DNA from: a virus
Lineage: Duplodnaviria; Caudoviricetes
Length of the DNA stretch: 32,210 bases
IMG/VR virus record: IMGVR_UViG_3300033415_000010
Coordinates: 1 to 32,210 of that record
Strand: one strand, 5' to 3'
The position numbers were made by a program, and so were the translations under genes. Within the stretch, counting starts at the first letter, position 1, and the number at the start of each line of letters is the position of its first letter. Shown here one piece after another: positions 14,405 to 23,756 of this stretch. Under the pieces are notes generated by a model. It did not search any database, was not told the origin of the DNA, and saw nothing but the letters and a program-made list of their open reading frames with translations.

Positions 14405-16054
14405 CTATTCTTTATCGTCAGTTTTTACAAAACTCGACCCCCGGGGCTTGATCCCGAAGTATTGCCAAGGTCTTGTAATAGTGCCGTCTTCTCGGTAAAC
14501 CCGCCGCTTGGCTTTGACCAAACCCCGCTTTGCCAAGTAAAGCGTGAAATCCGTCGATCTCTTCGGCACGACGCTCATTCCCTTGCACCAGTCGATGTAA
14601 TCGCGGCGGAGTCCATCTGGCGTGGCCCTGTACTGGCTCCGGTCGGCTGTCTTGGCAGTCAGGTTGGCCTCGTCGAGGTCGTACCGCTCCTCCAACGACT
14701 CCCACCAGTCGAGCAGGTGATCTTGGCTTTCCCGGTATTCTTCCGTAATACGAATCAAAGCCTCTGGAATCGCAAGGCCCTTGCGACCGCCACCCCTTGC
14801 TTGCCAGTCCAGGCACCCCTTCAGGCACCAGTTGAGGATAGCCGACCGAGCCGTCGGGTCGGTAAGCAAAGTACGTTTGACCAAGTGGTCCCTCTTCTTC
14901 TCTGGCACCGCCTTGAAGTGAACCTTGACCATTCGACGCCATACGCCGGGGTCCTCGGATTCCGTTCTAGGATCGAAGTTCGAGACGAGCCAGATTTTCC
15001 AAGTCGGGTTTAGCACATCCATCTTCGTCTGCTGGAGGGCACGGGCGGTAACTTTCTCACCCCCCGATAGCTGCTTGATCCTACCTTCGTTGAGCCGAGC
15101 CCTGGAATCGCCTTCGGTGGCGAACACGAACCGGGCACCCAGTAGGTTGTAAAGGTCGGGGCTGGGGGCGGCACCGTCACGGGTGTTCTTGCCCAGGGCG
15201 CAGAACATCTCAAACGGGGGCTTGTAGCTGTAATCCCCCAGCATATCGGCAAAGGCTTCGGTCAGCGTGGTCTTTCCGCTGCCCCCGTCGCCCGAGATCA
15301 GGAAGAACGACTCCGCCTCAACGTCCCCAGTCATACTCATCCCAAAGCACCTGGCGAGGAAATCGCAAACCCCAGGCACTTGGATCTCCAAATCCTCCAA
15401 GAAGCGGTCGAGAACCTCAGACTTGGCGCTAGGATCGAAGCGTACCCCCGCCATTTTGCTTTGGAAGAGAGATTTCTCGTGAGGCAGCAGAAGACCCGTC
15501 TTCAGGTCCAAAACGCCGTTTTTGACGTTTAACAGCCAAGGATTAGAATCGAGGGCACCGGGGTCGAGGTCGATCTGGGGGTTGCACTTCGCTAGGCTGA
15601 CGGCAGACGAGATGTGGCCGGACCCCTCATGAGACTCGGCTTTTGAGATCATTGTAGCCCCGCCCTTCTCGCCACCGTAGCGCAGGATTGTCTGTTGGAG
15701 CCAGTCACGGGCGCATTTCTTGGCGAGGGTCTTGGCAATGTTGCCTTCCACGTCCTTCGAGTTGCGGTTGAAGGACCACCGGGCACCATCCCAATAAGCC
15801 CAGCCTAGTGCAGGAACATGGCGATAGTCGCCCTTCATCGCCTCGATCAGTCGGTACGAGGCGTCGAGGTCGGTGCTGATCCCCACGGAATGTCCCTCGC
15901 GGGAGAAGTCGAGCACCGGGGCGACTGGAGCCTTGGGAATGGGGACTATCGGAATGTTTAGGGTGAAAGCCAGGGGTTGGTTTCCGTAGGCGGCGGGCTT
16001 GCTGTTTCCCATTTCTTCCGGGAAACCGTCGTTTGAGAGTCTTGATTTGGTCAT
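14405..16054 (-). CDS. P4/D5-family primase-associated SF3 helicase
   Basis: D5_N features (WAYWDGARW, LLNVKNGVLDLKTG), Walker A GDGGSGKT, GARFVFATE, IKQLSGGE...AR, VWRR; start MTKS overlaps the primase stop (ATGA). Confidence 0.92.
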   Translation of the reverse strand: MTKSRLSNDGFPEEMGNSKPAAYGNQPLAFTLNIPIVPIPKAPVAPVLDFSREGHSVGISTDLDASYRLIEAMKGDYRHVPALGWAYWDGARWSFNRNSKDVEGNIAKTLAKKCARDWLQQTILRYGGEKGGATMISKAESHEGSGHISSAVSLAKCNPQIDLDPGALDSNPWLLNVKNGVLDLKTGLLLPHEKSLFQSKMAGVRFDPSAKSEVLDRFLEDLEIQVPGVCDFLARCFGMSMTGDVEAESFFLISGDGGSGKTTLTEAFADMLGDYSYKPPFEMFCALGKNTRDGAAPSPDLYNLLGARFVFATEGDSRARLNEGRIKQLSGGEKVTARALQQTKMDVLNPTWKIWLVSNFDPRTESEDPGVWRRMVKVHFKAVPEKKRDHLVKRTLLTDPTARSAILNWCLKGCLDWQARGGGRKGLAIPEALIRITEEYRESQDHLLDWWESLEERYDLDEANLTAKTADRSQYRATPDGLRRDYIDWCKGMSVVPKRSTDFTLYLAKRGLVKAKRRVYREDGTITRPWQYFGIKPRGSSFVKTDDKE

Positions 16055-17001
16055 GATGAGTGTTGGTTGAAGAGAGGGTTGAAGAAAAGGACTTCCTGAT
16101 GCTTGCCATTGTCGCGCAAGCCACCGGGCATTCGGGCAAATTGTTCGGGGAACCACATCCGGGGGTCGGCACCGAGCCTGACGGCTGCGCAGAACCAGTC
16201 GCGCAGGGCGCGGGGGTCCGGCTGCGCACGGGCACCGACGTAAACCCAGCCGTGGACGCTCTTGCCGCCCGAGGATACGGCCATCGCCAGGAGTCCACGG
16301 GTGTTTTTGTTAAGTTCCCACAGGAGGCTGGCCTGTTTGTCGGGGGAAAGCTTCGGATTATCGAACTCCACGATCAGAAAACGACGGGCTCCGACGGCAT
16401 CCCGGCAGTGGTGCGAGGTGCTGCCGCGTTTTGTGACGCCCGTTCGCTTGCGCATGGGGTTGGGCACGACGAACTGGCAGTTTTCCAGGGATTCGTCGCT
16501 CCAGTCTTGCAGCGGGAGTGTGCGGAAGGTGGACGCCTCGCGTCCGCAGCAGACAAGTTCCTCCGCCTTGAAGAAATGACGCAGGGGGAGCCTCGGACTT
16601 TTCGCGCTTCGCGCCCGCAGGTCGTCCAGGCAGCGCACTTCGCTGGCTTTCACCACCCGGGAGCTGAGGCGCGGGGCGAAGGGGGCCTCGTCCTCGGAGA
16701 TTCCCCTGAAATTCGCGGGCCAGCCCGTGACGGGATTGAAGATTCCAAGGCTTTCTTCGAGGGTGAAGCTGCGTTTGTTCTCCAGGTCGCACTCGAAGGC
16801 TCCTGCGACGAAGCCCTCGATCTCCCGCTCGGGGATCTCGCGGCGGAGAGTCCAGGTTTCGCAGGCTGCGCGCAGGAGCTGCACGCAGTCGCGCTCCGGG
16901 ACGCCCTGACGCCGCAGCGACAGGGCCTGCCTGAAGAGATGCGTGTGGAGTCCGACGGATTCCTCCGGGGGATACAGCATCACGGTGACGGAATCGGCCA
17001 C
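16051..17001 (-). CDS. AEP-type (RepB-like) DNA primase
   Basis: FLIVEFD, SGGKSVHGW and RMPG motifs; adjacent to the D5 helicase. Confidence 0.75.
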   Translation of the reverse strand: MADSVTVMLYPPEESVGLHTHLFRQALSLRRQGVPERDCVQLLRAACETWTLRREIPEREIEGFVAGAFECDLENKRSFTLEESLGIFNPVTGWPANFRGISEDEAPFAPRLSSRVVKASEVRCLDDLRARSAKSPRLPLRHFFKAEELVCCGREASTFRTLPLQDWSDESLENCQFVVPNPMRKRTGVTKRGSTSHHCRDAVGARRFLIVEFDNPKLSPDKQASLLWELNKNTRGLLAMAVSSGGKSVHGWVYVGARAQPDPRALRDWFCAAVRLGADPRMWFPEQFARMPGGLRDNGKHQEVLFFNPLFNQHSS

Positions 17002-17010
17002 GGCGCGAGG

Positions 17011-17223
17011 TTACTGGGTAACAACGTGCGCGGGCTCGCGGGTGACGGCGACGGACACTCCGCCGCGCACAGAGACCTTTTTCGTGGTGAACCGCTTGCG
17101 GCTCAGGCGGGCGTAGAAGTGAACGTACCTCTGGATCGAGGGTGCGGCCCCGTATTTGGAGCAGGGCAGCGTTGCGGTTTCACCGATCTCAAGATCGGTC
17201 GTGGGCCAGGTTCGTCTTTTCAT
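17011..17223 (-). CDS. small basic putative DNA-binding protein
   Basis: MKRRTWPTTDLEIGET...RFTTKK...VAVTR; TTGACA at 17258-17263 upstream supports the start at 17223. Confidence 0.65.
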   Translation of the reverse strand: MKRRTWPTTDLEIGETATLPCSKYGAAPSIQRYVHFYARLSRKRFTTKKVSVRGGVSVAVTREPAHVVTQ

Positions 17224-17295
17224 GCGGGGTGTCGTGAAAAGCACCTTGAACAATATATGTCAATGGAAAAAGTTACTCGGTAACTCGGAAGGAGG

Positions 17296-17331
17296 AAAAG
17301 AAAAACGCCGTCTTCACAAAGGAGTACGGCG
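17296..17331 (-). terminator. intrinsic terminator after RHH gene
   Basis: CGCCGT/ACGGCG stem followed by TTTTTCTTTT on the minus strand. Confidence 0.6.
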
Positions 17332-17342
17332 CTGAGAGGGCC

Positions 17343-17606
17343 TCATTTCTTTTTCTCGGAAGACCTCTTTCTCTTGGACCCGTCTATCGAAAGCGTTGCG
17401 CGGTCCCGGGCGGAGGGGGCCCCCTTGAAGATTTCGGGGTCCACCTCCTCCACCATCATCGCCTTGCCCCGCAGCTTCATGTCCTGGAGGATCAGCTTGG
17501 TGAGGTATTCCGAGCGTTGCATAAGTAACTTGGACCTGCGATCCTCCATGATCTGGAAAATCGTCGGGTCGAAGGAGACTGAACGGTTGATAGTTAATCG
17601 TGGCAT
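17343..17606 (-). CDS. ribbon-helix-helix repressor
   Basis: NRSVSFDPTIFQIMEDRRSKLLMQRSEYLTKLILQD. Confidence 0.8.
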   Translation of the reverse strand: MPRLTINRSVSFDPTIFQIMEDRRSKLLMQRSEYLTKLILQDMKLRGKAMMVEEVDPEIFKGAPSARDRATLSIDGSKRKRSSEKKK

Positions 17607-17803
17607 ACGACTGTTATCTGATAACAGCTTGTAACAATGTCAACTAAGATTTACATACCAGGGACGGGGTGTTCCCGCCGCGACGGAATTTCCTTTTATG
17701 CAAAGCAACCATCCTTCAACAGGTTGCAGGTGCGTAGACGCAGGGGCTTCCCGTTAGATATTGACAATGTTACAGAGAGTTACCAACTAACACCCCATAG
17801 CGT
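17607..17803. promoter_or_regulatory. divergent promoter/operator region
   Basis: TTGACA on the minus (17638-17643) and plus (17761-17766) strands, each followed by TGTTACA and a GTTA-N5-TAAC dyad. Confidence 0.75.
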
Positions 17804-17989
17804 ATGAAGTCCATCACTACAAAGTCCAGGAAGGCCACCAGCAAGATCGTGCGGGTCACCCGCAGCATCTCCTTTTTCCCGGAGCATATCCGGCATTTGA
17901 AGGAAAGGGCGCTGCGGGAGAACCGCAGCGTGAACTACCTCGTGAACGAGCTGATTGCTCGGGACGGCGAGGGCAACGACGGGAAATAG
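17804..17989 (+). CDS. Arc-like ribbon-helix-helix protein
   Basis: TRSISFFPEHIRHLKERALRENRSVNYLVNELI. Confidence 0.8.
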   Translation: MKSITTKSRKATSKIVRVTRSISFFPEHIRHLKERALRENRSVNYLVNELIARDGEGNDGK

Positions 17990-17992
17990 GGC

Positions 17993-19396
17993 GTGGCGTT
18001 CTCACCCAAGCCGCATCAGGAACGCAATGCGCGGCACCTGATCGACTGCCTTACCCGCTACGGAGGGGCGATTGACATGAGCGACACCGGGACCGGGAAA
18101 ACGGTCACGGCGCTGCTCCTGTGCAAGCAACTCGCTGCGCGTCCGGTGGTCCTCACCCGCAAGGCGGTCCTCTCCGGTTGGGAGCAGGACTGCAAGCGCG
18201 TGGGGGTGGAGCCCCTCGCACTCGTCAACTACGAGGCCGCCAAGTCGGACAGGTTTGACCTCGGGAAACTGGAGGCCACGGGGCGCGACCGTAAAACCGG
18301 GGAGCCGACGGGCTACCGCTACGACTGGAAGCCCGGGCTTGGGCGGGTCATCTTTCTTTTCGACGAGAGCCAGAACTGCGGGAGCATGGTTTCCCAGAAC
18401 TCGAAGATGCTCCTCGGGGCGGCGAAGATGTACAAGACGGTTTGCTTGAGCGCGACCCCGTTCTCCACCCCGCTTCAGGCGGGGCCGCAGATGTGCGCCC
18501 TTCGACTGGCCACCCAGGCGGATTGGTACCCCTGGCTTTTCAGGCACGGATGCAGGAAGAACCACTTTAACGCCTGGGAGTTTGTCGGAGACCGGAGGGA
18601 TCGGGTCGATGCGGTACCTGGGGCGAACGCCGCCGAGGGCAAGCGCATCATGTCGGAGTTAAACGCGCAGATACTGCCCAGCAGGGGAGTCCGCACACGC
18701 CGGGGGGAGATACCCGGCTTCCCGCAGACGGTTCTTTCAACTGTGAGCGTCAAGTGTCCGTCCCCCGGCGAGGTGCTCAAGGAGTACATGGAGGCGCTTT
18801 ACAACGCCCGCCAGATGGATCTGGACCGGGTCAAGGAGCAACTCCCGCCCGAGCTGCACGAGATCGCCCAGGTGCTGCCGATGGTGGCGGATCTTCGGGA
18901 CCGCCAGGAAGCCGAGATACTGAAACTCCCGATCATCGAGGAGATGGTCGAGGATGCCCTCGCCAAGGGGGAGAGTGTCGTGGTGTTCCTCAATTTCGAC
19001 CTCACGATTGAAGCCCTCTCGAAGCGGCTCGGGGTGACAAACATCATCCGGGGCAGCCGCAAGGGCGAGAAAAACAACTACGACCGGGGGATGCGTATCC
19101 ATAGATTCAGGACAAACCTTGATCGCGTGCAGATCATCAATTCCTGCGCGGGTGGAGCGGGCCTGAGCTGCCATGACAGCGAGACGAAGGTTCCCCGGAC
19201 CAGCATCATTTCTCCCCCGTGGAGCGCGCTCGTTCTCAAGCAGGTTTTTGGTCGCGTCCAGCGTCTGGAAGGCGGCTTTTCCCAGCAGAAACTGCTTTTT
19301 GCGAAGGGGACCGTCGAGGATCGCGTGCGTGTGCGCGTCGAAAATCGACTGGATAATGTTGATTCCCTGACAGATGGGGATCTTGCTCATTTTTAA
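17993..19396 (+). CDS. SF2 (SNF2-like) helicase
   Basis: PHQ Q-motif, DTGTGKT, VNYE, FDESQ, LSATP, GGAGLS, QVFGRVQR. Confidence 0.9.
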   Translation: MAFSPKPHQERNARHLIDCLTRYGGAIDMSDTGTGKTVTALLLCKQLAARPVVLTRKAVLSGWEQDCKRVGVEPLALVNYEAAKSDRFDLGKLEATGRDRKTGEPTGYRYDWKPGLGRVIFLFDESQNCGSMVSQNSKMLLGAAKMYKTVCLSATPFSTPLQAGPQMCALRLATQADWYPWLFRHGCRKNHFNAWEFVGDRRDRVDAVPGANAAEGKRIMSELNAQILPSRGVRTRRGEIPGFPQTVLSTVSVKCPSPGEVLKEYMEALYNARQMDLDRVKEQLPPELHEIAQVLPMVADLRDRQEAEILKLPIIEEMVEDALAKGESVVVFLNFDLTIEALSKRLGVTNIIRGSRKGEKNNYDRGMRIHRFRTNLDRVQIINSCAGGAGLSCHDSETKVPRTSIISPPWSALVLKQVFGRVQRLEGGFSQQKLLFAKGTVEDRVRVRVENRLDNVDSLTDGDLAHF

Positions 19397-19444
19397 GTTG
19401 TGAGTTACTAAATAACACTCTGTAACACTCATCACACCCAACTT

Positions 19445-20617
19445 ATGCCCGACCTACACGCCGAATTTGGCCCAAGCAGCCTGAAAAATTACGCCTTCTG
19501 CGCCGGATGGAAGAACAAGGATGAGGAATCCGAGGCGTCCATCGACGGCACGATCAAACACCGCGCCGCCGAGACCGGAAAACGTACCGTCGCCCACCCG
19601 AAGACGGGGGAGCCCTACGAACTCAACGATGAACAGTGGGCGGACGCCGAAAAGTGCATCTGTTATTGCGACCTTGTGAAGAAAGGAGCCGATGCGTTCT
19701 TCCATGAGGAACGACTTGAAATCTGCGGGGTGACCTGGGGTACGGCGGATTTTATTGCCCTCCACAAAGGGCAGACGTTCGCCCACCTGATCGACTTTAA
19801 GTTTGGCTTTCTTGCGGTTGATGACCCCAAGGACAATCTCCAGACGCAGGGGTACGCCTGTGGAGTATTCGAGTATTGGACCTCGGTCGAGGCAGTGAAG
19901 GTGCATATCCTGATGCCCCGCCGCAACGAGATCCTGACGCATACCTTCTACCGGAAAGACTATCCGGCGATGAAGCTGCGGGTTGCGACCGCGCACGCTC
20001 GGGCCGAGGAATTTAAGCGGACGGGCGACTGGGCGCTGTGCCAGCCCGCTCTCAAGAATTGTGAACACTGCGGACGCAAGGGTGCGTGTGTGCCTTTGCT
20101 CACCTGGGCGCTCCCCATGGTTAAGAAATACGACCCCCTTCCGATCATTCAGGAGGTCCACTCTTCGCAGATCACGAATCCCGGAGAACAGGCGGCTGCC
20201 TACTACGAGGTCGCAAAGATCCTCGAAGAGATGGGCAAAGCAGCCCGGAAACACCTCCTCGAACTCGGCATGAAAGAGGGGGGCTTCAAGGACCGCGACG
20301 GGAACGTCCTCTACGAGGTCGCCACCAAGTCCGGCAACCGTGGAGTCCTCGATCTGGAGAAGTTCCTGGGGGTCATGCACGAACGGGGCCTTACGGAGTC
20401 CGACGTGCTGGCGTTCAGCAAAATCTCCATTGGGGATTGTCTCGACCACCTCGCCTCTCTCAAGGCCCCCAAGCGGGGGAAAGGGAAGTACTTGGCTGAG
20501 GTTGAGGCCCAGCTTTACGCCTCTTCCGCCATCGAGCAGGGGGACCCGGTGCTCTACCTGAAAAAGGTCAAGAAGTCGGAAGCTATCGAAATCGAGGCCG
20601 AGGTTGTTACTCGGTAA
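19445..20617 (+). CDS. DUF2800-like PD-(D/E)xK (Cas4-like) nuclease
   Basis: HAEFGPSS...C, GT..H, WGTADF, IDFKFG, N.Q...YA, CEHC.....C. Confidence 0.82.
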   Translation: MPDLHAEFGPSSLKNYAFCAGWKNKDEESEASIDGTIKHRAAETGKRTVAHPKTGEPYELNDEQWADAEKCICYCDLVKKGADAFFHEERLEICGVTWGTADFIALHKGQTFAHLIDFKFGFLAVDDPKDNLQTQGYACGVFEYWTSVEAVKVHILMPRRNEILTHTFYRKDYPAMKLRVATAHARAEEFKRTGDWALCQPALKNCEHCGRKGACVPLLTWALPMVKKYDPLPIIQEVHSSQITNPGEQAAAYYEVAKILEEMGKAARKHLLELGMKEGGFKDRDGNVLYEVATKSGNRGVLDLEKFLGVMHERGLTESDVLAFSKISIGDCLDHLASLKAPKRGKGKYLAEVEAQLYASSAIEQGDPVLYLKKVKKSEAIEIEAEVVTR

Positions 20618-20664
20618 TACTTTGCTACGCTAACTAAAACAAAAACATCAATACTACTAATACC

Positions 20665-21525
20665 ATGGGTAAGAGTTCCTTCACTGACATTGACGCCAAG
20701 AACGTGACCGAGGCTGACGCCGAAGTCACCCAGCAGACGGAGACGACCGCCATTGCTCCGCAGAATACTGCCGTGGCAAATGCGGAAGACTTCAACTTCC
20801 AGAACGACGGTTTTGCGGACGAGATTGATGCACGCAATATCAACATCCCGTTCATCAAACTTGTCCACGGCGTGGGCGACTTGAGCCGCGAGGGGTTCGC
20901 CCCAGGCTCTCTTGTATTCGACAAGAATCTAGTTCTTCTGGAGCCCGCCAAACCCGGCAAGAGTCAGGAGCCCCTGACGATCCACCCGCTCAACGGCATG
21001 TTCGGCGGGCTCGACTACATCGAGTACCCGACGAACGCGCAGTACGAGGCTTACCAGGCGGCGGGTTTGCGGGGAGGTGGCCCCTTCAAGAATGAAGTCG
21101 AGGCGAAGGCAGCGGGCTACGTCACCAGCAAGGAGGCCAAGGAGATTAAGAGGCTCAATCCTGCGGCTAACCCGCTCATTTACGGACCCCGCCTAAGCCT
21201 GTGCGTCCTTGTCGAGGGAAACAAGGACTCCAACTTCCCCTACGAGTTCGGCGGAAAGACCTATAACCGGGCCGCTTTGGTCCTTACCAAGGGCAGCTAT
21301 TATTCCGCAGGCAAGGACCTCTACACGGGGGTCGTAACCGCCCGTCAGTTGAACAAGGCGAACCCTGGACAGTTCCCGCTATTCTGGACCTCGTGGCATT
21401 TGACCACGAAGTTCTGGAAGGCACCCGGCGCGGTAAACGGTGCGTTCAATGTCAACGCCAAGCAGGGCACAAAGACCAGCCCCGAGTTCATCGCCTGGGT
21501 CAAAGCCACCTTCAATCTCGTCTGA
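20665..21525 (+). CDS. probable ssDNA-binding/recombination protein
   Basis: IPFIKLVHGVGDL...PG N-terminal motif; lies between the nuclease and PolA genes. Confidence 0.55.
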   Translation: MGKSSFTDIDAKNVTEADAEVTQQTETTAIAPQNTAVANAEDFNFQNDGFADEIDARNINIPFIKLVHGVGDLSREGFAPGSLVFDKNLVLLEPAKPGKSQEPLTIHPLNGMFGGLDYIEYPTNAQYEAYQAAGLRGGGPFKNEVEAKAAGYVTSKEAKEIKRLNPAANPLIYGPRLSLCVLVEGNKDSNFPYEFGGKTYNRAALVLTKGSYYSAGKDLYTGVVTARQLNKANPGQFPLFWTSWHLTTKFWKAPGAVNGAFNVNAKQGTKTSPEFIAWVKATFNLV

Positions 21526-21580
21526 ACGCGAGAGGGGCATACCCCTGATCGGCGCGGCAGGGTAAGTCCGCGCCTTATCT

Positions 21581-21697
21581 GACTGGGTGGCGGAACAAGC
21601 GGGTTGGGGCGTCCTTTTAGGTGCACCAGCTTCGCCCGGTAGACGCGCCCGGGACAACCGTGGTCCACTGTTGGTTCAAGTCCAACCCCAGTCACCA
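21581..21697 (+). tRNA. aberrant tRNA-like RNA (D-loop insertion, undetermined anticodon)
   Basis: Acceptor GACTGGG/CCCAGTC plus ACCA; D-arm halves TGGCGGAA and GGTAGACGC; T-arm GTTGG-TTCAAGT-CCAAC. Confidence 0.75.
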
Positions 21698-21709
21698 ATT
21701 TCTTAATAC

Positions 21710-23737
21710 ATGACTACCACAGAACCGTCTCCGATTTCTCGGACGCTTCAAACACGCTACGCGACTTTCGATACCGAAACCCGGTACTCCGAGGAATACT
21801 CCGTTGCCGATCTGGGCAACGAGGCTTACGTCCGGGACCCGCGTTTCGAGTGCTATCTGGTTATCGTCCATGCGGACGACGGTTTCAAATTCATTGGGCA
21901 CCCAAAGGATGCGCCCTGGGATCAGATCAGCCAATATGCGTTTCTCTCCGCGAACGCTGGGTTCGACCAGGCGGTCCTCCGCAGAATGATCGAGTTGGGG
22001 CAAGCCCCGGCTTTTGCCTATCCGAAGGAGTGGCATTGCACTTCAAACATGGGGGTTTACTTCGGGCTTCCTCGGGCCTTGGCGAAGGCGCTCAAGGCCG
22101 AGTTCGGAATCGAGCACGACAAGAGCGTCCGAAACAAGGACATGCTCGGTATCGGACACGCGGAACTGGAGGCGAATCCGGCCCTAAAGGAGAAGGTTTA
22201 CAAGTACGCCGCCCTCGACGGAGAGGGGCCTCTCCTCCTGTGGCAGAAGTATGGCCACCTCTGGCCCGAGATCGAAAAGGAGATTTCCAACGAGACCTAC
22301 CGCATGTGTCGGGAGGGGGTCTATGTTGACAAGGCGAAGATCGAGTATTGTATTCAGATTCTTGAGACCGCTTGCGCGGTAAACGAAGACCGAATCCCGT
22401 GGTCGAAGGACTACCCGATTCTTTCTCCGAAGGCCCTTCGTACCGAGTGCGCCAAGCACGGGATCAACCCCCCGGCGTCTTTGGCGAAGACCAGCGAGGA
22501 GTGCGCTCTTTGGGAGGCGAAATACGGGGACTTAATCCCATTTGTGAAGTGGATGCGCAACTGGCGCAGGGCGAACGCTCTCTTGGAGAAGTTCAGGACG
22601 ATGCACGTCCGCATCGGTGAGGACGGTCGCATGGCCTACTCACTGCTCTACTATGGGGGCAGTACCGGAAGGTTCTCTGGTGGAGGGGGATACAACCCAC
22701 AAAATATCCCCAAGGAACCAATGTACTTTGACGCGGAGTGGAATATCACCAGCGAGGCGAACACTGCGAGAGTCATCGACATGCGTTCGACTCTGGTGGC
22801 ACCCCCGGGGAAACTCCTCGCGGCTGTCGATTACGCTCAGATTGAAGCTCGCGTGACTCCGTGGGTCGCCGGGGACCGGGCTACGCTCGACCGTATTCGC
22901 CCGCCATCTCTTCGCTCGATGCGTTTCAAGGAGATGCTCAAAGCGGAGACGAGCGTTTATCAGGTCCACGCAGAACTTGCCATGGGTTGGAAGGGGATGA
23001 GCGAGGACCCCTCGACCTGGAACCTTAAGAAGGCCGACAAGGTTCTGTATGCCCTGGCCAAGGCGCGTGTTCTCGGGCTCGGCTTTGGCTGCGGGTGGAA
23101 CAAGTTCATTGCCCTCGCCAAGCTCATGCTCGACAAGGAGACCTTCAAGAAGGTTTTCGGGGCACCCGTGCCTCCCGACCACGCGACCGCCTTCGTCGAT
23201 TACCTCATCCAGTATGACAAGCCGAAGACCTATCTGAAGCAATGGCCCCTGCTGACGGAGGAAGAGAAGACGATCTGGGTCAACTCGTGGCTTCAGGTCA
23301 CCGACTATCGGACCAAGAACCCGAAGATCACCGCCCTCTGGCGCAGGATGGGCGACGAACTCGCTCGAAGCTGCGGAGGCGACTACACGGTCACGCTCCC
23401 TTCAGGGCGCGATCTGTTCTACTACGGGGTCCACAAGCGGGCGGACTCCTACTACGTCTACACGACCAAGGGGGACCCGGCTTCACGAGCCTACGGGCCT
23501 CTCCTCGTCGAGAATCTCGTTCAAGCCACCGCACGCGACATCCTCTGTGAGGCGATCCTCCGTCTTCGCAAGGCGGGCTTCCGGGTCGTGATGCACGTTC
23601 ATGACGAAATCATCGTCGAGATCGACCGCCCCGAGGACGCGGATCGCATCATGGAGATTATGTGCGAGAGCCCGCGCTGGGCACGCACGCTCCCCATCGG
23701 AGCCGAGGCAGATGTCACCACTTTCTATCGTAAGTAA
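21710..23737 (+). CDS. family A DNA polymerase with 3'-5' exonuclease
   Basis: DTET exonuclease motif, TGRFSG, NPQNIP, motif A DYAQIEAR, motif B KARVLGLGFG, ENLVQATARD, motif C HVHDE. Confidence 0.93.
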   Translation: MTTTEPSPISRTLQTRYATFDTETRYSEEYSVADLGNEAYVRDPRFECYLVIVHADDGFKFIGHPKDAPWDQISQYAFLSANAGFDQAVLRRMIELGQAPAFAYPKEWHCTSNMGVYFGLPRALAKALKAEFGIEHDKSVRNKDMLGIGHAELEANPALKEKVYKYAALDGEGPLLLWQKYGHLWPEIEKEISNETYRMCREGVYVDKAKIEYCIQILETACAVNEDRIPWSKDYPILSPKALRTECAKHGINPPASLAKTSEECALWEAKYGDLIPFVKWMRNWRRANALLEKFRTMHVRIGEDGRMAYSLLYYGGSTGRFSGGGGYNPQNIPKEPMYFDAEWNITSEANTARVIDMRSTLVAPPGKLLAAVDYAQIEARVTPWVAGDRATLDRIRPPSLRSMRFKEMLKAETSVYQVHAELAMGWKGMSEDPSTWNLKKADKVLYALAKARVLGLGFGCGWNKFIALAKLMLDKETFKKVFGAPVPPDHATAFVDYLIQYDKPKTYLKQWPLLTEEEKTIWVNSWLQVTDYRTKNPKITALWRRMGDELARSCGGDYTVTLPSGRDLFYYGVHKRADSYYVYTTKGDPASRAYGPLLVENLVQATARDILCEAILRLRKAGFRVVMHVHDEIIVEIDRPEDADRIMEIMCESPRWARTLPIGAEADVTTFYRK

Positions 23738-23756
23738 TCACTAACCTAATACATCC

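Noticed and set aside
16060-17283. 407-aa plus-strand ORF
   Set aside because: Antisense shadow of the primase and neighbouring gene; no motifs. Its VTR-stop end is just the box at 17271
19445-20617. CRISPR-associated cas4
   Set aside because: Its context (helicase, SSB, PolA) is the usual phage replication module for DUF2800-type nucleases
21581-21697. tmRNA or group I intron-containing tRNA
   Set aside because: No G3-U70 alanine identity or tag ORF; the insert is far too short for a group I intron and lies in the D-loop
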